In this document: positions 15,493 through 21,109 of the stretch, piece by piece
Layout: every line of letters starts with the position of its first letter
Numbering within the stretch: the stretch's first letter is position 1
Source: a virus
Virus record (IMG/VR): IMGVR_UViG_3300009371_000232
DNA: 28,360 nucleotides
Reading direction: 5' to 3' (one strand)
The notes under the pieces: model-generated
What the model was told of the DNA's origin: nothing
The model's input: the letters and a program-made list of their open reading frames with translations, nothing else
Database searches by the model: none
Made by a program: the position numbers and the translations under genes

Positions 15493-15520
15493 CAACCAAC
15501 CAACCCAGGACAACACCATG
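15493..15520 (+). repeat. Start-associated block, copy D (28-nt form, no hairpin).
   Basis: Identical to 12920-12947. Confidence 0.9.
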
Positions 15521-16072
15521 GAAACCGAGACCACCAGCCAGATCACCGACGCGACCCGATACCGCTTGTTCCTTGCGAACAGGAAGCACAGCAAAACCGA
15601 GCCGACCGAGAACGCAGTGGAGAAGGCAGAGGACCTGTTTGATGGCCATCTTCGGGTCAGTGAATATGCCGCCCGTAAAGCTTGGTTCGCCGGTGACTTG
15701 CAGATCGCCGCAAAGCCTTGTCGCCCCGTCGAGTTTGTGGACCACGCCATTCGTTGCGCGATGGACAAGGACTACACAGCCTATGATGCCGACGGATACC
15801 GGATCGACCGCGAGAACACCACCGACATCGTCGATGTGCTCCGCGCCCTGAAGGTCATGGCGGCTTCGCATCGCGCCATGCGCGCCAGTAACCTTTACGT
15901 TGGGGTATCCTTGTGCCACAACGACCCGAGCACCGACAGATCGATCGCCCAAGACCGCGCAAACTGCCACCTTCTCCGCCGCGCCGTGGCGATTCTGGAA
16001 ACCCGCCTTGCAGCCCGCGCTAAAGAGTTGGCTCGCGAATGTTCCCGCATCCGTCGCGCACTGAAAGCCTAA
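15518..16072 (+). CDS. Early protein (184 aa), unknown function. The alternative in-frame start ATG 15485 would add MRINQPTQDNT.
   Basis: The ATG ends conserved block D. The track ORF 15407..16072 extends upstream across the hairpin and palindrome region. Confidence 0.6.
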   Translation: METETTSQITDATRYRLFLANRKHSKTEPTENAVEKAEDLFDGHLRVSEYAARKAWFAGDLQIAAKPCRPVEFVDHAIRCAMDKDYTAYDADGYRIDRENTTDIVDVLRALKVMAASHRAMRASNLYVGVSLCHNDPSTDRSIAQDRANCHLLRRAVAILETRLAARAKELARECSRIRRALKA

Positions 16073-16118
16073 ACACCCAACGGGGCTTCGGCCCCACAAC
16101 CCCAGGACAAACACCATG
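16070..16118 (+). repeat. Intercistronic cassette, copy E (cUUCGg hairpin, variant core).
   Basis: TAAACACCCAAC GGGGC-TTCG-GCCCC A CAACCCCAGGACAAACACC ATG. Confidence 0.85.
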
Positions 16119-16358
16119 TACACCGAACCAGGCCAACCAGGGCACCCAACCCAGGACAACACCATGAAAGACTACACCGACCCAGGCCAAGAGTTGGCCA
16201 ACACCATCACCATCCTGTCGAGGCTGCTGGTAACATTCGCAGAGCAAGCACACGAGGACGGCAAGCCCGGCCAAGCTGGGCAAATGGAAGCCATAGCCGG
16301 TCAACTGAACCGGGCTGTGGATGAGTTCAACACAGCAGAAGACGCGAAGCCATTCTAA
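16116..16358 (+). CDS. Early protein (80 aa, or 64 aa if translation starts at ATG 16164).
   Basis: Two conserved blocks in tandem each end in an in-frame ATG (16116 and 16164). Confidence 0.55.
   Translation: MYTEPGQPGHPTQDNTMKDYTDPGQELANTITILSRLLVTFAEQAHEDGKPGQAGQMEAIAGQLNRAVDEFNTAEDAKPF
16148..16166 (+). repeat. Start-associated block, copy F (perfect 19-nt core inside or at the start of the 16116 ORF).
   Basis: AACCCAGGACAACACCATG. Confidence 0.9.
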
Positions 16359-16394
16359 CCACGGGGGCAACCCCACAACCCAGGACAAACCATG
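16356..16394 (+). repeat. Intercistronic cassette, copy G (GCAA hairpin, shortened core).
   Basis: TAACCAC GGGG-GCAA-CCCC AC AACCCAGGACAAACC ATG. Confidence 0.85.
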
Positions 16395-17138
16395 CCACCG
16401 GCAAAGAAACACAACAGCATCGCAGAGGCATTGGCCACTGCACAATCCAAGATGGGCAACGCGGTCAAGAACAGCGTTAACCCACACTTCAAAAGCACGT
16501 TCGCCGACTTCCCAGCGGTGCGTGACATCGTAATTCCGGCACTATCCGCAGAGGGTATCGCGTGTATCCAGCACGTGGACGGTGCTGACGGATGCGTGAC
16601 TGTGCGCACCACGATCCATTGGATGGAGACCACCATCGAGGCGGGCAATTGCACGATCAAATTGGACGGGCGGAACGCTGCCCAGGCGGTCGGCAGTGCG
16701 ACCACGTACCTGAAGCGGTATCAACTGGCGGCGGTGGGCGGCATCGCCCAAGAGGACGATGATGGCCAATCGGCCACAAACGAGCCCAGTAACCCGACAT
16801 CCATGGCACGGGCACCAAGTACCGCCCAGCCACAGAAACGCGCCCCAGCGCCCACCAGGGGCACCGCAACCAACGTCCCCGACTGCCCGACATGCCAAGG
16901 GCCGATGTGGGACAACCGTGAACAGCGAGAACAGCAGAAGCGAGACAAGCAGGAAGGAACCCGATCGAAGGCACCGGGGCCTGCATACAAGTGCAAGGAC
17001 AAAAGCTGTGGCGGGGTCCACTGGGAGGCACCGAGCGAAATGGGTTCAAGAATCGAGAATGACGGAATGCATGCCGACGCCCAACAGCAGGAAGAACGCA
17101 GCGAGCGTGGAGGGTTCGACGATGGACTGCCCTTCTAA
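16392..17138 (+). CDS. erf: ERF-family single-strand annealing recombinase with a C-terminal zinc ribbon and an SSB-like acidic tip.
   Basis: IAEALATAQSKMGNAVKNSVNPHFKSTFADF...GSATTYLKRYQLAAVGGIAQEDDD matches the remembered ERF pattern (N..fks.Ya.L ... tY.kRY.l....Gi..eDDD). The C-terminal part carries CPTC...CKDKSC and ends in FDDGLPF. Confidence 0.75.
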   Translation: MPPAKKHNSIAEALATAQSKMGNAVKNSVNPHFKSTFADFPAVRDIVIPALSAEGIACIQHVDGADGCVTVRTTIHWMETTIEAGNCTIKLDGRNAAQAVGSATTYLKRYQLAAVGGIAQEDDDGQSATNEPSNPTSMARAPSTAQPQKRAPAPTRGTATNVPDCPTCQGPMWDNREQREQQKRDKQEGTRSKAPGPAYKCKDKSCGGVHWEAPSEMGSRIENDGMHADAQQQEERSERGGFDDGLPF

Positions 17139-17682
17139 GGCACTGCCAGGCCAGCGCGATATGTTCGGCGCAGCAGCTACACCGCCACCAGCGCCCGAGT
17201 TGACCCCGGAGATCATGCGGGCGGCCCTGGCGAAGCTCCGGGGTCAGGTATCGGCCAAGCTGGACGATGGGGTCGCGTGCCCATGCTGCGACAAGTACGC
17301 CCGGCGATACCGCCGGAAGTTCAATGCATCGATGGCCCGGTCGTTGATCTGGCTGGTCCGTCAATCCGAGGCATCACAGGACGGCTGGGTCGATGTGCCA
17401 GCCACGGCCCCGCGCTGGCTGGTCAGGACGAACCAACTTCCGACCGTGCGCTGGTGGGGAATGATTGAACGCGCAGAGCCCACAGAGGACAACACCAAGC
17501 ACAGCGGGCGGTGGAGGCCGACCGACCTGGGCAAGCGGTTCGCATATCAGCGCACCACGGCACAGGCTGCGGCGGTCACGTACAACGGCGAGGTGATTGG
17601 CTTCGAGGGTGGACAGATCACCATTGACGGCGCCCTGGGCACGCGGTTTAGCTACTTCGACTTGATGGGGTGGGACGAATGA
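17122..17682 (+). CDS. Putative DNA-binding protein with a CPCC zinc-finger-like motif, function unknown.
   Basis: GGAGGG lies 7 nt upstream of ATG 17122. The upstream part of track ORF 16759..17682 overlaps erf out of frame. Motif seen: ACPCCDKYARRYRRKFNASMARSLIWLV. Confidence 0.55.
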   Translation: MDCPSKALPGQRDMFGAAATPPPAPELTPEIMRAALAKLRGQVSAKLDDGVACPCCDKYARRYRRKFNASMARSLIWLVRQSEASQDGWVDVPATAPRWLVRTNQLPTVRWWGMIERAEPTEDNTKHSGRWRPTDLGKRFAYQRTTAQAAAVTYNGEVIGFEGGQITIDGALGTRFSYFDLMGWDE

Positions 17683-17927
17683 TACTCAAGCAGAACAGCA
17701 CGGCGGCGAATGTCCTGGCGGTGGTCTGCTCGTGGGCACTGCCAGCCAAGGAAGTCGCGGCCGAATTGCAGATCTCCGCATCAATGGTCTATGCAGCGTT
17801 GAAGCGGCTACGGGCAGCGGGGTACGTGGCACCGCACGACCATCCGACAGGCTGGAACCAGATCATCAAACCAACCCCGGCGGGGCGTGCTGCCCTTGCG
17901 GAAAGCACCAAGAGGTGGGCAGAATGA
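17679..17927 (+). CDS. Winged-helix (MarR-like) DNA-binding protein.
   Basis: ATGA overlap with the upstream gene. AKEVAAELQISASMVYAALKRLRAAGYV has the typical wHTH layout. Confidence 0.55.
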   Translation: MILKQNSTAANVLAVVCSWALPAKEVAAELQISASMVYAALKRLRAAGYVAPHDHPTGWNQIIKPTPAGRAALAESTKRWAE

Positions 17928-18220
17928 AGACCGCACACAGTAGCAGAGCAGAGCAGATAGCAGTGGTTGGGTTGGACATAGATGGCGACGTGTTGCCGAT
18001 GGTGCTGCTGATGATCATCGGCACCACCAGGCCCGGCCGTTGGGACGATGTGAACCTGGCGCGGCTGATGGACATGCGGCCCAGTCAGATTCGAGCAGCA
18101 CTGATTGACCTGGATGAATGGGGGCTGATTCAGGCGTGTGGGTCCAATGCTTGGTCCATCACGTACCGAGGCACTCAGAGCATCCGCACCTATCTACCGG
18201 GCAAGATGCCCATCGCATGA
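17924..18220 (+). CDS. Winged-helix-like DNA-binding protein.
   Basis: ATGA overlap with the upstream gene and GAGGTGGG upstream. LARLMDMRPSQIRAALIDLDEWGLIQ. Confidence 0.45.
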   Translation: MKTAHSSRAEQIAVVGLDIDGDVLPMVLLMIIGTTRPGRWDDVNLARLMDMRPSQIRAALIDLDEWGLIQACGSNAWSITYRGTQSIRTYLPGKMPIA

Positions 18221-18227
18221 GGACACC

Positions 18228-18479
18228 ATGACAATCACAATCACATTCGGCCAGATGGTCCGATCTATGCGCACCCGACAGGGACTAACACAGACCCAGC
18301 TTGCCGAGACACTGGCGCCGATGGTGCGGGGCCTCGCACAGGGGCATATATCTGACCTGGAACGGGGGCTGTTTCACCCGTCAGGGCGTCAGGTGGCGTG
18401 TCTGCTGGACGTTCTGGAGGCGGGGCTACACGAGCGCATTCAGGCGCTGACGCTACTCAGCCAGGAGGCGGCGGCATGA
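18228..18479 (+). CDS. XRE-family helix-turn-helix transcriptional regulator.
   Basis: FGQMVRSMRTRQGLTQTQLAETL...ISDLERG is the canonical Cro/C1-type HTH. The start context is TGAGGACACCATG. Confidence 0.7.
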   Translation: MTITITFGQMVRSMRTRQGLTQTQLAETLAPMVRGLAQGHISDLERGLFHPSGRQVACLLDVLEAGLHERIQALTLLSQEAAA

Positions 18480-18943
18480 GTTGGGAGGAATGTCTGCGGG
18501 TGACGATACCCGGACCGCCAGTGCCAAAGGGCCGACCCCGTGCAGTGTTCAGGCGCCGCAAGGTGCGCATGTTCACGCCACAGGCGACCATTGACTATGA
18601 GAAGAAGGTCGCGCTGGTGGTCGGGTCGGGCACTCACTTTCGAGGGCAGCCAAGGCCATTGTGCGGCAACGATGCACCGGTCAGGCTGGATGTGGTGGCC
18701 ATATTCCCACGCCCCCAGGCGATGAACCGGAAGAAGGACCCAGACGGATTGATCCCACACGCAAAACGGCCCGACCTGGACAACGTGGTCAAGGCCATCA
18801 GTGACGGCATCGACAAGCTGGACGGCATGGTGTGGCGGGACGATGGCCAGGTCCAGACCATCAGGGCGGAGTCATGGTACGCGGAGCGGGGCCAACCGGC
18901 CAGAACGCTGGTCGTAGTTTACAGGTGGAAGGAACCCAATTAG
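18476..18943 (+). CDS. rusA: RusA-family Holliday junction resolvase.
   Basis: IPGPPVPKGRPR...FTPQ...HAKRPDLDNVVKAISDGIDKLDGMVWRDDGQV matches the remembered RusA pattern (P.sKgRPR ... kPDlDNl.Ka..Dal...vw.DD.qv). AGGAGG lies 7 nt upstream. Confidence 0.8.
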   Translation: MSWEECLRVTIPGPPVPKGRPRAVFRRRKVRMFTPQATIDYEKKVALVVGSGTHFRGQPRPLCGNDAPVRLDVVAIFPRPQAMNRKKDPDGLIPHAKRPDLDNVVKAISDGIDKLDGMVWRDDGQVQTIRAESWYAERGQPARTLVVVYRWKEPN

Positions 18944-18982
18944 GGGAAGGTGTGCCGGTAGCTCCGGCGCAGAACCAGCGAT

Positions 18983-19065
18983 CACACTCCGATGGTTCCG
19001 GCCTCGCTGCCAACATGGTTGGCGGGGTCGCCATCGGGGAGTGAGGCACAAAAAAACGGAGTGTG
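18983..19065 (+). promoter_or_regulatory. Structured leader upstream of the replication initiator gene, with alternative pairings that include the SD.
   Basis: CACACTCCG (18983-18991) is complementary to CGGAGTGTG (19057-19065, which contains GGAG). CACTCCGATGG (18985-18995) also pairs with CCATCGG-GG-AGTG (19031-19043). A central hairpin GCCAAC-ATG-GTTGGC lies at 19009-19023. Confidence 0.45.
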
Positions 19066-19068
19066 AAA

Positions 19069-19875
19069 ATGCAGTGGATAGCGATACCCCGCCCATGGGT
19101 TGACGATGAAATGACGGGCCAATGGACCCAGGACAACCCGGCGCCCGACCTGCTGGTGATGGCGATGCTGTGCGCCCGTATTCAATCGGGGGCACCATGG
19201 GGTAAGACCAAGCTCATCAAGTGGTCTGGCATCAAGGATTGGAAGGCCCGCAAGTTGATCAAGCAGGCGACAAAATGGATGCAGGAGCAAGGCCACGGGC
19301 CAACCGAAAACCAACCGCCTTACGCACCGAAAACCACCGAAAACCAACCGAAAACCAACCGCCGACCTTTAATGATTCCAGGTAGTTGCGACGATCAAAT
19401 GACCGAGGTGCACGCAGGTTCCAACCAAAAAGTAACCGGCCTCACGCGCGCGCCTTCCTCTACAGATACAATACAACACAATACAGATCCTGACAGACAG
19501 GGGCAAAATGCCCCCGTACCGGTAGCTCAGGACAAAGGGATACCCAAGGAAGACCTACAGGCGATGTGGGAAACCATGTGCGGCATCAGGGCCGATGTGT
19601 TCCCAGGCTCTCAGCGGGTGCTGGCGTTGCTCCCCGCTCGAGCGGATAAGTTGAAGGCGTGTCTGCGCATCCAGAGGCTGACGCCCGACCAACTGGTACA
19701 CTTGACCCGGTGGTTCTTTACGGCAGACGAGACCCAGTGGGTGCGCGATGGCAAGTACCATTTTGATACGATGCTACGCCCGGCCAACGTCGCCAGGTAT
19801 TACGAGAAGGCAGAGGGCTGGTCAGCAGCCAGGGATGAAGCAGACATAGAACGCCGATTGGCGGAGGGATACTGA
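19069..19875 (+). CDS. Replication initiator/organiser protein (lambda O-like layout with a DnaD-like C-terminus).
   Basis: GGAG lies 7 nt upstream of ATG 19069. It has an N-terminal HTH-like segment (KTKLIKWSGIKDWKARKLIKQA), an iteron-encoded linker, and a C-terminus (KYHFDTMLRPANVARYYEKAEGW) resembling replisome-organiser C-terminal domains. Confidence 0.55.
   Translation: MQWIAIPRPWVDDEMTGQWTQDNPAPDLLVMAMLCARIQSGAPWGKTKLIKWSGIKDWKARKLIKQATKWMQEQGHGPTENQPPYAPKTTENQPKTNRRPLMIPGSCDDQMTEVHAGSNQKVTGLTRAPSSTDTIQHNTDPDRQGQNAPVPVAQDKGIPKEDLQAMWETMCGIRADVFPGSQRVLALLPARADKLKACLRIQRLTPDQLVHLTRWFFTADETQWVRDGKYHFDTMLRPANVARYYEKAEGWSAARDEADIERRLAEGY
19302..19500. other. Putative origin of replication inside the initiator gene: four iterons followed by a comparatively AT-rich segment.
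   Basis: CCGAAAACCA(A)CCG occurs at 19304-19317, 19327-19339, 19337-19350 and 19348-19361. The 18-mer AACCGAAAACCAACCGCC occurs at both 19302-19319 and 19346-19363. The downstream AT-rich stretch contains ACAATACA twice. Confidence 0.5.
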
Positions 19876-20402
19876 TGGCAAGCAAGGACAACGTGATGGC
19901 GATGCTGGCGGCAATGGCCACCAACTACAACAAGCGCAACGACTGGGCCGATTCGGTGTGGGGTACGTGGTTCACCGCGTTGAAGCCATACACCGATCAC
20001 GATGTGCGACGGGTAGCCCGGCAAGTGATGGCAGAACGCAGCAGAGTGCCCACCGTGGCGGCGTTTCTGGAGTGCATCAAGGCCGACCCACGGACACCCG
20101 CCCCAAAGGGCGCCAGCGGCTGTGCAGCGTGCCAGGGCACCGGGTGGCGTGAGGTCTCATGGCATCGATGGGTAGATGCTCGCCTGGTGGTCACCAGCTA
20201 CGCAGCGGGGTGCGACTGCGAGAAGGGGCGCCGGTACTGCATGGGGGCTGTTCGTCACTGGTCGGACGTTGTGGCTGAAATGAGCCAGCACCCATCCACA
20301 GAGGCGGTCTATTCGACCAGCGCCAGCCACACGGCACTGGACACCCATGAGCGATACCATCCCGATACCGTGGCACGGCTGCAGACCAGGGTGGATCGAT
20401 GA
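19875..20402 (+). CDS. G39P-like replicative helicase loader with a Cys-rich C-terminal half.
   Basis: NVMAMLAAMATNYNKRNDWADSVWGTWFTALKPYTDHDVRRVARQVMAERSRVPTVAAFLECI fits the remembered G39P (loader and inhibitor of G40P) N-domain pattern. GGAGGG lies 6 nt upstream. Confidence 0.5.
   Translation: MASKDNVMAMLAAMATNYNKRNDWADSVWGTWFTALKPYTDHDVRRVARQVMAERSRVPTVAAFLECIKADPRTPAPKGASGCAACQGTGWREVSWHRWVDARLVVTSYAAGCDCEKGRRYCMGAVRHWSDVVAEMSQHPSTEAVYSTSASHTALDTHERYHPDTVARLQTRVDR
20359..20402 (+). repeat. 44-nt direct repeat, copy 1 (3' end of the loader gene).
   Basis: 39/44 identity with 20913-20956. Both copies end in GGATCGATGA. Confidence 0.85.
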
Positions 20403-20956
20403 AGATCGTCCCCTGTACGCAGAAATTGGCCAAGCAATTCGTGAAGCTCCATCACCGCCACCATAAGCCACCGCTTGGTGCGATATTCTGCATCGCTGTG
20501 ATTGACGATGAGGGCTTAGTGCGAGGGGTGGCAACTGTCGGCAGACCAGTCGCGAGATACCTGGATGACGGGTACACAGTCGAGGTCAACAGGGTCGCCA
20601 CGGATGGATGTGACAACGCGTGCTCGGCACTACTGGCGGGTACTCGCCGGGTGGCCTTCGCAATGGGGTATTCGAAGGTCGTTACTTATACGTTGAAGCA
20701 TGAAGGGGGGGGGTCGCTGAGGGGTGCCGGGTGGGTACTCGAATCGGAGGAAGCTGGCGGAAGCATCAAACTGTGGCACAGTCGAAAGGGGAGGAAAATA
20801 GAGAATGAATTCAAACTCAAGAATAGATGGTCAACCACCAACAGCAAAGCAAACCGGAAGCCGGTCATATGGCCAGAAGCAGAAGCTGAGGACCAGCTAT
20901 CAATGTTCGACGATCCCGACACCGTGGCACGGCTGCAAACCCCGGCGGATCGATGA
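20399..20956 (+). CDS. XF1762-family (GNAT-fold-like) protein with a C-terminal extension.
   Basis: AKQFVKLHHRHHKPPLGAIFCIAV.DDEGLVRGVATVGRPVARYLDDGYTVEVNRVATDGCDNACSALL...GYSKVVTYTLKHEGGGSLRGAGW matches the remembered XF1762-family pattern (HHRHhkp..G..f.igv......GVa.vGRPvAR.ldDG.TlEV.R..tdG..NAcS.Ly). Confidence 0.6.
   Translation: MKIVPCTQKLAKQFVKLHHRHHKPPLGAIFCIAVIDDEGLVRGVATVGRPVARYLDDGYTVEVNRVATDGCDNACSALLAGTRRVAFAMGYSKVVTYTLKHEGGGSLRGAGWVLESEEAGGSIKLWHSRKGRKIENEFKLKNRWSTTNSKANRKPVIWPEAEAEDQLSMFDDPDTVARLQTPADR
20913..20956 (+). repeat. 44-nt direct repeat, copy 2 (3' end of the XF1762-like gene).
   Basis: See 20359-20402. It encodes DPDTVARLQTPADR, compared with HPDTVARLQTRVDR in copy 1. 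Confidence 0.85.
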
Positions 20957-21072
20957 CCGTGATCCACATCGAGCGGCGATGCTGTCTGCACTGTGGGCAC
21001 ATCTATTGCGGGCGGATCGAGTGCCCGATTGATGACTGTGATGGTCTTGGTGAGCCCATTGGCCAGGACTGA
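20953..21072 (+). CDS. Possible 39-aa Cys-rich zinc-finger-like miniprotein.
   Basis: Hand translation: MTVIHIERRCCLHCGHIYCGRIECPIDDCDGLGEPIGQD, stop TGA 21070-21072. ATGA overlap with the upstream stop. It is below the ORF-track cut-off. Confidence 0.4.
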   Translation: MTVIHIERRCCLHCGHIYCGRIECPIDDCDGLGEPIGQD

Positions 21073-21074
21073 AT

Positions 21075-21103
21075 TTGACGGGAAATGTGCAAGTAACTAA
21101 ACT
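21075..21103 (+). promoter_or_regulatory. Sigma70-like promoter in front of the packaging and structural genes.
   Basis: TTGACG (21075-21080), a 17-nt spacer, then TAAACT (21098-21103). It shares TTGACGGG with the early promoter. Confidence 0.45.
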
Positions 21104-21109
21104 ACCACT

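Noticed and set aside
12920-16394. Reading the repeated 19-28-nt blocks as a CRISPR array.
   Set aside because: The spacing is irregular, from 48 nt to more than 2 kb. Every copy abuts a start codon, and the intervening sequences are protein-coding genes. No cas genes are present.
19126-19137. A partial copy of the start-associated core (ACCCAGGACAAC) inside the replication initiator gene.
   Set aside because: Only 12 nt match. It has no adjacent ATG, hairpin or stop codon, and it lies about 60 nt inside a coding region. I treat it as chance or as an eroded relic.
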